34,501 bases of DNA from Craspedostauros australis (lineage: Eukaryota), in the NCBI GenBank assembly GCA_030167865.1, contig JALAGF010005430.1, positions 1 to 34,501 on the forward strand, written 5' to 3'. The notes beneath the pieces were generated by a model. The model was given only the letters and a program-made list of their open reading frames with translations. It was not told the origin of the DNA and ran no database searches. Position 1 is the first letter of the stretch, and each line of letters begins with the position of its first letter. Shown here piece by piece: positions 9,727 to 20,656 of this stretch. Made by a program: the position numbers and the translations under genes.

Positions 9727-11108
9727 CTATCTGTTGAAGCCGGTGCCGTTGGTCGGTGTAGATGTGCCATCCGTCGGCGAGTGCGTCAGTGGAATCATGC
9801 CATGATCCTTCCCTCTGGATTGCTCCATCTGCTTTTTGGAGTAGATTCTGTGCAAGCTGGAAAATAGCAGACCTCCCAGAACAAGACACGCTCCCAGCAC
9901 ATAGAACCAGGAGAATTGCTTGGGAAAGAACAGGAAGGAAAGGATCAGCGTCATCCCCTTCCGTCCCGTCGCGACGAGCACGGCCGCCACACCACCGAAC
10001 TTCTTCACCACCGTCATATGTATGGATATCGCAACGTACGCGATGAATGTGTACACGAACATGTAGAAGACCAGGACGTTGTTGGTCTGCGCTAACCGCA
10101 GCAATCCCATGAAATCTCCCGACAGCAACGTCGATCCCCCCATGACGAGCAACGTGAAGATGTTCGTGAAGAAGGTCACCTCCAGACGCGATGATCCCTG
10201 CTTGAACAGCCGTTCCTGCGCGTTCGGCAGAATTGCATCGGCAAATACGCTCAACGTCACAAAGACCAACCCGATGGGATGGAAGCTCGGCGTCATCTGC
10301 CAATCCGCGGCGGCGAAGAGGACGAGCCCTGCACACATGGCAATGGCACAGGCGTACTCGACGATGGAAAACGCCTTGAGATGGATGAAAGATGCGATGA
10401 TCATTGTCGGGATCAGCTTGCATGATCGGAACACCACCTTCGTTGGGAAGTTGATGTAATTCAAGGCGATGTTAGAAAGCGCCGACGATGCCAGCAGGCA
10501 CGCCGTCAGCAGCGGGTACGCGCTCATCGGTGCGACCCGCGTCGTTTCCTTCGCGACGTATTTACGTTCCAAGTACGAGCACACCGCCACTCTGTTGGTT
10601 GCAATGGAAGGTGTATTGGGTGAGTGCATGGCACCCAGTTGTGGGATGATTGGTGAAGTTGGGACAGAGTACGCATGTATTGTGAGCGGTGATACAGTTG
10701 ATGGTGTGGAACGCCACATGTCATCCACGCAAACACAAGCACCGCTGCGGTGCCTTCCCACCAATGCCACCAATACCATGCCGTGTGTGCATCCCTTGTC
10801 TCAGATTTGGCAGCCTGACGATCCAAGGAACCAAGTCGTGCCATGCTAAGCCATGCCCTGCCAAGCTATGCCGAGCCATGCGATGCCATGGCACAGACAA
10901 TTCACAATTGAACGCACCCAAAGACTTCCATGAAACCGAGCATGACGCCGAACTCGAATCCCTCCACTCTGCTGATGGCTTCTTGCAGGAAGTTATGGAT
11001 GCCGAAGAAGAAGAAGACTCCGCATGACAGCAACACGAATTGCACTCCGGTCTGGAGCTCCTCGAACCATGCCGACAGCGATGTTGTGGTTGCTGCCGTC
11101 GAAGTCAT
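9727..11108 (-). CDS. SLC35B/UAA-family nucleotide-sugar transporter, most like PAPS transporter 2 (SLC35B3); exons 11108-10918 and 10591-9727
   Basis: FFFFGIHNFLQEAI, LSNIALNYINFPTKVVFRSCKLIPTMI, DAILPNAQERLF, VKKFG...VATGRKGMTLILSFLFFPKQF. The intron 10917-10592 (GTGCGT...CAACAG) joins MEVFG|VAVCSYLER in frame. Confidence 0.88.
10841..10890 (+). repeat. Degenerate pentamer tandem repeat (CCATG-like x10) inside the transporter intron
   Basis: ccatg ctaag ccatg ccctg ccaag ctatg ccgag ccatg cgatg ccatg. Confidence 0.85.
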
Positions 11109-12147
11109 TGCGTCTCTCGTGTCTGTCCAATCCGTAACGTGGCCTCTTCGCTGGTCTCTCAAGAGGGTTGTGCGCTTGAGTGCGTGCCTCGTTGTTGCGG
11201 CGGTCACGGTATGTTCATGTGTGATGGCTCTCCTCTCCACTCGTAGTCGTATAGCACTCTAGTAATATAATATGTACTCTTCCTTGTTGACGGACGACTA
11301 CTGGTTGTTGCTGGTCCGTTCATCTCTTCTGTTGTCACTTGCGCGAGTTCCTTGCACGAGCGCAGACTGGAAGAGGCTGAGCGGCCACACGTTTCGTCGT
11401 GATGTCCACATCCGACAAAGCTGAGCAGGAAAACTCGTCGTTTGTGGCATTGTGACTGGTGAGGAGAGTACTCCTCTTATTCTACCGCAGCTCCCACGAG
11501 TGCCTCATCGTGAATGAAGCTACATGCATTCACGAGCACACACACTCAACTTTTGACTCTGTCGATCAAGAATGATACTACGTTATATGGACGTTAAATA
11601 AACGAACCATATTCAGTAATGTTTCCACGTACGTCAACGGATCATTTGAACTGTCTCACAAATCTGGCCCCACCAAAAACGACACAACAACGGTTTTTTG
11701 GTTTGCGCTGTTTCCTTCATGCCAACACCTTCCTCATTGATCATCATCGCATGCAACAGCACGAAACATACCAATACATCACCGCTGTTGTCGTACCAAA
11801 TCAACCTCTCCAAGGTATCACACAGGACGATCACCATCACATCAAGGAAGAACAACCTGCAACGACCCCACTGCGAGCCACTGAGAACATTTGCGAAAGG
11901 GGATTGAAGTGCGAAACATCGGTGGTGCCACAATCAAACGAACACACCAGAACCACCATCAATCAATCATCTCGAGCGAAGAGAAACAAATCCTCTTGGC
12001 GTCACACGCCGACTCCTCATTTTCCACTTCGCAACAACACAATCATTTCTACGCAGCGACAAACAACAAACCTGACTCTTGCGCTGCTCTCCACAACACC
12101 TGTATCCGCAGACCGCTTCGAGAAGACGACGGCCAATCGTTGCCACC

Positions 12148-15100
12148 ATGTCATCCAGACGACGATTATCCATTGGCGGGGCTGCCCGAACGTCAGCGCT
12201 TCGTGATGGGTCGTCACGCTTCAACAGCTCTTCGGGAGCATCGTTGGCACGCCGTCGACAATCCTTTGGGGGCGGGCTTGCGATGGATGCATCACCACAG
12301 AAATCGAGACCACGCACAGCAGACTCGCCATCTAGGGCTGGTTTGGGTGTCTCATCACGGCTGCGTTCATCTTCAGCCTCGCGGCGTCAATCCATCGACG
12401 CAGACAGCCACCGCTCGGAGACCCCGGCGAAAGACAGGCGAGCGATGCTGCAGGCATGGCGACAGGCACGCCGTGGCAACCACGGTGGGGACGAGGACAG
12501 CACCATCGATCTCGGCGCAAGCAAGAAGAGATCAGCGCCACCGTTGCCGCCAAGTGACACCCGCAAGATTGCACGCGTCAATGACTCGCAGTCTCGTCAC
12601 GGTCAACAACATGCACAACATCAGCAGCAGCAGCAGCAACAACAACAGCAACACCAATTGCAAAACAACCAACAACAACATCCGCCGCAGCAGCAGCAAC
12701 AGCAGCACAGCTTTCGGCCCGATGAGAACGAGACCATCACATTCTCACAGGGATCAATCTCCACCAACTACTACGATGATGATACCACCGCTGACTTCAG
12801 CCGCGCAAGTAGCAGCTTGCTGTCGGCGCGCACACCCACACGACGAAAGGGACGTCTGGGATCGGCACGCAGGAAGTCCTTCATGCCGCCCAGACCTGTC
12901 GTCCACAACGACGATTGTGAGTACTCTCCATGTTTGGAACTATGTCTTTGTACCAGATGCGTGTGAGATGAGTCCCTCTGAATGTTGTTCTCACGTCTTC
13001 TCTGTGCTCTACTTTCCGTTCCTTGTTTTGGTCTGCTTTTGCTTTTGCTTTTTGCATGCCATTGCGCAGTCGAAATGAAACCAGCGGAACCAAGCAGCCC
13101 ACTCATGAGCCAGCTGACACAGGAGAGCGAGGATCTCGACGTCACCATCACTGAGAACATGGATAGCGTCGAGGGTGCCGGACTTATGTCCCAATTGCAA
13201 CGCCTAAAGAAACGCGTGGAGCAGCTGGAGAAGGAGAAGATGGATCTGTCCATGTCCAAGGCACCCCTCGAGGCACGCTTCCGACAGAAGGAGGATGCGT
13301 GGGTGAAGGAAGAGGCCAAGTTGCTGCAGGAGATCGACGAATCCAAGAACTCGCTACGGGAAGCTGATGAACAGTACCGCGATCTCGAGGTCAAGTACGA
13401 CAATGCCTGCGACGACGTGAAGGGACTCAAGCTGGAGCTGCGAAAGGCGTCGTCCACCAGCCGCCAAGGCAACACCGACAACAGCCTTTGGTCGCGGCAG
13501 TTGCAGAATGACAGGGACCTGTCAGAGATGAAGGACAAGCTGCGCGTGGCCGAAGAGGAGATTGACTCCATGCGATTGGGCAAGGTATCAGTGGAGAAGG
13601 AGCTGCATGCCACCAAGATCGAGCTCTCCTGCTTGGAACGCAACTACGATGAGCTGCGTGTGGAGTACGATGATATCGCGGCATCCACGTCCGAAAACAA
13701 CGAAGCTGAGATCAAGCTGGAGGTCCTGACGGCAGAGCACATGGCAACTTCTGCGCAGCTCAACGCCGTCTGCGACGACCTCGCCGCCACCAAGGCAAGG
13801 GCGGAAGCCACTCTGCAAGCCAAGGACGAAGAGCACAAGAAGGACATCGAGCAGCTGCACTTCGAGATGAGCGTCCTCAAGACTAGAGCCTCGAAGGTGC
13901 GGGATGAGGACATGGAGACCGACGAGCCCGATGAGGAGGACGAGGCCGTCCTTCGCGCCCGCATCGAGGAACGCGACCGTCGCATTACGGAACTGGAAGC
14001 CGAGCTGTTGAAGGGCGAGCAGATGAGACGCCAGATGCACAACACCATCCAAGAGCTGCGTGGCAACATCCGCGTGTACGTGCGAACCCGCCCATTCCTC
14101 CCGGGCGACGAGCAGTGCAACGGCTCTCCCATCGACGTGTCGCCAGACGGCGAATCGCTGGCGATCATGGACAGACGCAGCGCGGATCCGTACGACTTCC
14201 GCTTCGACAAGGTGTTCCCACCCTCGGCTGGGCAGGACATCGTCTTCGACGAAGTGTCGGACTTTGTGCAGAGCGCGCTGGATGGATACCAGGTGTGCCT
14301 CTTCTCGTACGGTCAGACTGGATCCGGGAAGACCCACACCATGCAAGGATGTGGAAATGGCGCCATGCGCGGTATCATCCCACGCGCTGTCGAGCAGATC
14401 CTATCCCAGGCGAAGGCCATGACGAGTCAGAAGTGGAACTTCACCATCCACGCGTCGTTCCTCGAGATCTACAACGAGAACCTGAAGGATCTCCTCGTCT
14501 CGATGCAGCCTGGTGGCGGAGGAAGCAACGACGGCAAACGCAATCGGGCCGATGCCACGAAGCTTTCCATCAAGCGCAATCGCGAAGGCAAGAGCTTCGT
14601 CGATGGCCTCACCCATGTGCCCATCACCATTGCTGACTCGGCAGAGGGCATGTCGCAGCTGGACACCCTGATGGGCGTCGCCGCACGCTCGCGATCCGTT
14701 GCCAGCACGAAGATGAATGCGCAGAGCTCCCGCAGCCACTCCGTGTTCATGCTCCATCTCAAGGGCTTCAATGAGGAGACGGGCGCCATCGTTCATGGTG
14801 CACTGAACCTCTGCGATCTTGCCGGTAGCGAGCGATTGGACCGCAGTGGCGCCGGAGCAGACGCCGCTCGTCTGCGCGAAACGCAAGCGATCAACAAGAG
14901 CCTGAGCTGTCTGGGCGATGTGTTCAATGCACTGGCGACCGGAGCATCACACGTGCCGTACCGCAACTCGAAGCTGACCTACCTGCTGCAGGACTGCTTG
15001 AGCGGGGATGGTAAGGCATTGATGTTCGTCAACCTCAGCCCGACGACCGCCAGCAGCAACGAGAGCTTGTGCTCTCTGCGCTTCGCTCAGCGCGTTAACA

Positions 15101-15159
15101 CGGTGGAGCTCGGCAAGGCGACCAAGCATGTTCAGTACTCCAGCAAGGGCAGACGCTGA
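12148..15159 (+). CDS. Kinesin-14 (C-terminal motor; KIFC1/NCD/KAR3-like); exons 12148-12916 and 13070-15159
   Basis: gccaccATG start; basic S/R-rich tail with polyQ, long coiled coil, kinesin-14 neck RRQMHNTIQELRGNIRVYVRTRP, P-loop YGQTGSGKTHTM, switch I NAQSSRSH, DLAGSER, HVPYRNSKLTYLLQDCL. The intron 12917-13069 (GTGAGT...GCAG) restores the frame. Confidence 0.95.
12622..12705 (+). repeat. CAG/CAA trinucleotide tract encoding polyQ in the kinesin tail
   Basis: Read directly (HQQQQQQQQQQHQLQNNQQQHPPQQQQQQH). Confidence 0.9.
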
Positions 15160-15359
15160 GTGGGGACCATGATCTTGACGGAGCAGGTACAATAGGATGA
15201 ATAGAGATGAGTAGCCTCACATAACGGCACAATTTGAAATAGAAAAAGAGAATATTCCAGCGCTTTGCAAACGTTTCGTTTGTGTCGTGAAACGTGTCTA
15301 TTCTGTTGTTGTTGATATCATTGTTGACAATGATGTTGGTCTTCCAGTCCCAGCATTGC

Positions 15360-16052
15360 TTAGCTCTGCTTTGCCTTGTCACTGGACGACTTGCTGTCAT
15401 ACTTGCCTGCCGCAAGACGCAGGTAAAGGGAGTTGACCTCCATCTTCAAGCCGATCTCATCGAACATGCCGTCGCTGTCGAAGAACTGGCCGATGCTCCA
15501 GACCTGCTCGACGCTAGGCGTGTCCTGCCTGCCCTCGAACTCCAAGATGACCTTGTACCATTCTGAGAATCTTGGCAGCTGCGATCGTACCCGCAGGCCA
15601 TGCTTTTCCATGTCCGTATTCTTCTCATTCTTTTCGACCGCCTTCGTGAGCAGTATGCAGTCCTTGTCGATGTATGTCGTGATGAACTGCAGCACGCCGC
15701 TGAGGATGAAGTAGAGACAGCAGCAGGCGCCCAGAATGGGCCGCGAATCCGGGAAGGGAATCGGAGCGAATTGCGCAACGACGGCAAAGATGCACGCCAC
15801 CGTCATGAGGCACAGCTTGAAATTGTCGAAGCGGCAATCCTCCTCGACCTGATCCAGGATGGCGACCGACACGGTCTCGTCCAGCACCTGCTTCAGCTTC
15901 ACCATGTCCCCCAGCTCGACCTGCAGCAGGTCCAGCTCTTCTTCATCATCATCGTCGTCGTATTCTTCATCATTGTCTTCCTCTTTCTCTTCCAACAGCA
16001 CGGCAGCTGCCTCAGCAGAGTCATCCTTCGTTTGAGCCTTCTTCTTTGCCAT
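15360..16052 (-). CDS. SPCS2: Signal peptidase complex subunit 2 (SPC25), 230 aa
   Basis: KLKQVLDETV, two TMs separated by PFPDSRP, RVRSQLPRFSEWY and SIGQFFDSDG match the SPC25 family layout. Confidence 0.88.
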   Translation of the reverse strand: MAKKKAQTKDDSAEAAAVLLEEKEEDNDEEYDDDDDEEELDLLQVELGDMVKLKQVLDETVSVAILDQVEEDCRFDNFKLCLMTVACIFAVVAQFAPIPFPDSRPILGACCCLYFILSGVLQFITTYIDKDCILLTKAVEKNEKNTDMEKHGLRVRSQLPRFSEWYKVILEFEGRQDTPSVEQVWSIGQFFDSDGMFDEIGLKMEVNSLYLRLAAGKYDSKSSSDKAKQS

Positions 16053-17428
16053 GGTTGCTGTTTCTTGTGATGCTTATGATGCTGGTGTTTGTGCTTTGTT
16101 GCAGGATTGCAGGGTTGCTTCGAGGACTTCTTCGTTGCGCTTTCGAGTATCTGTGCTGATGGTGGGGATGCTTGATTGTCAGCGCTTCGATTGCGGTGAG
16201 ACGGATGCCGTTGTTGTCGCTTCGGCCATTGTCGAATGATTCGGACTTGGTTGGTGTGTTTGTCGCTGTCGCGATAGCCTTGTGCCGCGTGGAATCGTCT
16301 GTCCATGTACCGGATATGACAACCATGTAGTCACGCGAGTCGTATTGGCGTTATGGCGGTTATATTGTAAAGTTGAAATTCGCTCCACGTTTCGCCAAAC
16401 AAACCATGAAAACAGATACGGCAACGAGAGAGCACAAAGGTGTTGCCTGTGGACAGTGGAAGGAACCATGCACCGATGTTGACGATGTGCTGATCAAACA
16501 TGGGATAAGCGTGAAGCCACTGTTGGGTGAAGTTGGAATGTGTCCAGGGAAGCAGTCGGAGCACTGCTTGCGTTGGATTCCAATCATAGTACCAGCTTGG
16601 GTTGTCTTGGGTTGATTCTTGTTGGGGGGATTGATTCGAAAATGGGAAGGTCGGATGGTCCTACTAGTATACACGATCATTGCTGTTGCTTTGATGCAAG
16701 AGAGCGCCGAGTTGCTGGAAGGAATGGCGAAAGAGGATGAGATCTGCTGTCTCTGGAGAGATGCTCTTTGAAGGGTTGAAGGCATGCGGTTTCCTAAGCG
16801 CGGGATGCCAAGGGTACATGCTCGTGGATAGTGCTTGTACAGCAGAGCACTGTGATCCAAATCCCTCTGGACAATGCCGCTTTGATCAATGTTGATCATG
16901 GTGCACGCGCTTCCCGCGCTGGGGTTGACGTGTGCAGTGCAGTGCTTGTCGCCATCGCTGTGTGCTCATGCAAAAGCAAGATGGCGGCGAGTTGACTGCG
17001 TGCCTTGAGGGATCAATGCGACAGGAGAGTACCAATTCAAAACACAACAGAGTATGATAGTCCACAGTTCTATTCTCCATCGATTTTACGTAGTATGGCG
17101 GGGGTGAGTTACAAATAGAAACTGAGAGGCATGCTTAACCTTGGATGACAGACGGAGCCAAGAGATGGCATGATCAGACGTCACCCTGCCTTTCCTTTGT
17201 TTTCTGTTTCGCCACCAGCCGAGGAGTTTTGATCCCAAAATGGGAGAGATCTTTTGTGAAGAACTGCCACCGACAAAAACAAAACTGCAGAACATCCGCA
17301 TCGCCTCGTACGAGTAGTAGTATGGTAGATTGTCCAGGAAGAGGAGCACAAGTAAACTGCTCCATCCCACCCAGTCGTAGGTCAAACGCAGCACATTCAA
17401 ACCAACGATCATCCAAGATCCCGTGACG

Positions 17429-18289
17429 ATGACATCACCAATTGCACACGCAGTGCGCGCGTTACTTCTTGCCGTGCTGCTGCAATGCATGCTGTTCCGA
17501 TGCGAAGCATCAACACCGTACACCTCCGTGCGGGCGCTCGATGAGTTCGGCAACTCCGTCCAACTGCGCCATGCCCGCGAGGCCGCCGTGCGGTACGGGC
17601 GACCCATCGTCGCGGCCTACTCCCACGTCGATGATGCCGTCGTCGTGGTATCCATGGGGGATCGTCCCGTGGCGCAGACCGTGACAATCCCCTGCGGCGA
17701 TGCCGACCCGGTCGTGCTGTGCTGCACCGGCATCAAAGGCGACGCCACATGGCTGCTGCATCAGGTCCGCGATCATGCGAAGCAGATTTGGGAACGGTAC
17801 GATCATCACATCGATGCGAGCGCCGTGTCGTATCTCGTGGCGCGGTTGCACGGAGGCATGTTCGGCGATGATCCCAAGAAGGAATGGCAATCCAGCGTCG
17901 AACGCGAGAAGCTGGCATGGGCGCGGCCTCTGGGCATCCAGACGCTCATCGTGTCGCCGCATTCGCCGATTCTGACCGTTGAGCCGTCGGGGCGGGTGCT
18001 GGTCAACTTCGTGGCAAGTGATGCAGGTGCGGGACAGGATACTGCAAACGATTCATTCGGATGTGTTGGCAGGGACTGCGCGCTGCTCACTGACAAGCTG
18101 CGACGAGACAAGGCAACGACTACTATTGGCGGACTCGCGACTCCCGAGTTGCGACAGCACTTACTGGACATGCTCTGTTCAAGCCTAGAGCCGAAGGATG
18201 GCACCCGACTTCAGATTGAGATCGTATCCTCGAATGGCATTGATCGAGATGTTGCGGTTTGGCGGAATGGTGCGATTGTGAATGAATGA
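17429..18289 (+). CDS. Divergent proteasome alpha-subunit-like (Ntn fold) protein with N-terminal signal peptide, 286 aa
   Basis: YTSVRALDEFGNSVQLRHAREAA (cf. Y..TFSPEGRLFQVEYA), CCTGIKGDATWL (cf. SGLxADAR), RPLGIQTLIV (cf. RPFGVSLL), VEPSG (cf. xDPSG). Hydrophobic N-terminus RALLLAVLLQCMLFRCEA. Confidence 0.72.
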   Translation: MTSPIAHAVRALLLAVLLQCMLFRCEASTPYTSVRALDEFGNSVQLRHAREAAVRYGRPIVAAYSHVDDAVVVVSMGDRPVAQTVTIPCGDADPVVLCCTGIKGDATWLLHQVRDHAKQIWERYDHHIDASAVSYLVARLHGGMFGDDPKKEWQSSVEREKLAWARPLGIQTLIVSPHSPILTVEPSGRVLVNFVASDAGAGQDTANDSFGCVGRDCALLTDKLRRDKATTTIGGLATPELRQHLLDMLCSSLEPKDGTRLQIEIVSSNGIDRDVAVWRNGAIVNE

Positions 18290-18338
18290 ATGAATGGCTA
18301 GATCGATGGATGGATGGATAGATCGATGGATGGATGGG
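18280..18338 (+). repeat. Tetramer microsatellite mix (GAAT)n/(GATG)n at the stop and 3' UTR
   Basis: Read directly. Confidence 0.85.
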
Positions 18339-18602
18339 AGGCATTGTCTTGAGGCTCAGCAATGGACTACAGAGTGCAAATAGAGCATTGCGCTTCAAGG
18401 TACAGATGGACACAACATCCCACAAACGAATACAGTCGATGGTACTCGGAGGATGACCAAGATACGAGTGCAATCGCAAACACAAGCAAATAGTGTAGAA
18501 GTTGAAGCTCGTGTGATCGTGCTGTGCTACGCTAATAGAATCTGAGAGTACTCTGCTCTATTCTCATGGCATTCATCGCGACTGAAAAATGAAGCTGCTT
18601 GT

Positions 18603-19686
18603 TTACCAGCGAGCAACACGGCGCTCTCTGCGCACAAAGTTGAAGGCCTTGCCAGGTGGGACTGGAAGATCGCGGTCCTTGTACCATTGGACGGCAGCTG
18701 ACTCGTCCTTCTTCCATACTGGCTCAGGAAGCTGCGAGCGGCATGACAGGCATGATGCGGAAGGGAGCATCGAATATCGAGTATGATAATGAGCAAGAGT
18801 TTACCAATAGGAGTAGGCAGAATGATACGAAAAGCAAGTTCGTCAGATATGTGGTTGTTGCTTGTTGCATGGGGCGGTGAGAGTGCTCTGCACATCACGG
18901 ACAATCACACAACAATGTAGCATTCACAATACACCATTCGCCAGCAACATGCGCCATTGAACTTACATGATTTGGCATGTGGGAATCCAGAGACTTCTCC
19001 AAAGCAGCAGGGGTGACGCTCATGTTGGCACGAAGACCGGACGGATCAAAATCGGATGGTCCCGTGGCGAAGACTCCCTTGTTTCCCTTGGAGGACAGGG
19101 GTCCCGCCTCGAGCTTCTCCTTGGCCTCCTGCACCTCCGGATCGTTGGGATCGAGCATCTCTAGCTTGATGCGCTCCACCTCGCGGTTGGGGAATTCCGG
19201 ATCCTCGTATCGTCGGCGCGTGTCCTTCTTGAAGTAGCCGGAGTCGTAAGGATCCTCGTCGAGACCCAGAGTGGGCACGTCGACGGGTGGCTGCGATCCT
19301 GGCGACGCCTGTCGGAAGGCGGCCTCCTCCCCGTCGTTGCTGATGGGGATCTTGGTGTTGGGGTTGGGCACCTGCTGCAGGTTGAACGGATCGTCCGGCT
19401 CGAAGTAGAAGGTGTCCTTGAGGGCCTTGTGCCTCTCATCGCCGAGCTTCTCCTTGAGGTAGGCGTCGAACCATCCTCGCCATGGCATCATGGTCTCGTC
19501 GGACGACTTGACGGCGCCCTTGATCCCGGCGGCCTCCTCCTTGTGGACGGCGCGAGGTTCGGTGAGCTCCGTCTTGCCGTCAGTGGTTGTGGCTGCCGCT
19601 GTGACCTCCTCTTCTGCCTTTTGCGCAAAGGCGCGGTATTGCACCGCCCTGCGGGCGACAGCGGAAGTAACTCGTCTGGAAAGCAT
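18603..19686 (-). CDS. Mitochondrial protein, probable complex I accessory subunit NDUFA7/B14.5a/NUZM-like, 282 aa; exons 19686-18967 and 18731-18603
   Basis: Presequence-like MLSRRVTSAVARRAVQYRAFA. FRQASPGSQPPVDVP...DPYDSGYFKKDTRRRY resembles the Y..RD.RR motif of NDUFA7-family subunits. The intron 18966-18732 (GTAAGT...CGCAG) joins MPNH|LPEPVWKK...ARW*. Gene model solid, product moderate. Confidence 0.6.
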
Positions 19687-20656
19687 GTTGGATTGGTGGC
19701 AAGCTAGAGAGTGTGGGTGATGGGTGATGGATGATACTCTGGTGTTGCTCTTGGTTCTGATTCGTCTGATGGGTGTTGGAGCTGGTGCTGTTGGCACGCA
19801 AGGCACACAACATCAACCGCTGCCGTTCTTTCGTCCCGCCATCCTGTTGCTGCCGTCTTCTCCGCCATCGTCGCGGCGTGGACGTCCCTTTCTCTGCCGT
19901 GTTGGTGTTGCGATCCACGATGGGGCTGTTTGCGTACTTTTCGTCAGACTTCATTTGACCCAATCGATTTCATTTGGAGCTCTGTTGAGTTCCGAACACA
20001 GGTTAAGAAACCGTTATGGTTCGAATCGCGAAAGCCACGATTTGGACAGGTTCGTGGTCGAGAGATCATTCTGACGCATGGACAGACAGACGGATTGGTC
20101 TATTTGAATTGAAAAGGCGTTATTGTAACGTTGAACTCCCACCTCAAAATCGTGTGACGGGTTTGCGCAAACACAATCACAACAGCGCGACGCGCGGATG
20201 GCAACCGTTACCACACTCTCGTCTTGTGTTGTGTTGCATGACACGGGACAACGCCACCAAGATTCAGCGTGGACATGTGCTCCGTGGCGGGTTTGTGCCC
20301 AACACGACGCGATGTGGCATGGATGCGACCAACGAGCGGAGAGGAGATGGGCCAAGAAGAGGACAACAGGAAAGAGGCAGAAAGCAGAGAGAGAGAGTAG
20401 CAACGATCCGCTTGCTCGCCATCTGCATGGCAACACCCAGCATCGAAACTCTATACCTCTCTGTCAATCCAACCAATCCACCAATTCACCCCTCATTGAC
20501 ACAACCAAAGCTCCGCAGCAACCAACAGCAGCGCATGATAACACCATAACCCCTGGGCTCACCAAAGATCTCCGCGCGCTAAACAACAAACGAACCACCC
20601 GCTAACCCCTCCGTCCATACTTGCGAGTGCTTGCGACAGGCTTTTTCTTGTACACC

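Noticed and set aside
2784..11108. GT47 plus PAPS-type transporter as a sulfated-polysaccharide gene cluster
   Set aside because: Separated by unrelated housekeeping genes, and no sulfotransferase or further glyco-genes are present.
12771..14886. Long antisense ORFs over the kinesin (similar ones over KPNB1 and the kinase)
   Set aside because: Shadow ORFs of GC-rich coding sequence with antisense-type composition.
16330..17400. 179-aa and 173-aa minus-strand ORFs between SPCS2 and the proteasome-like gene
   Set aside because: No recognisable family and Ser/Cys-rich noise composition.
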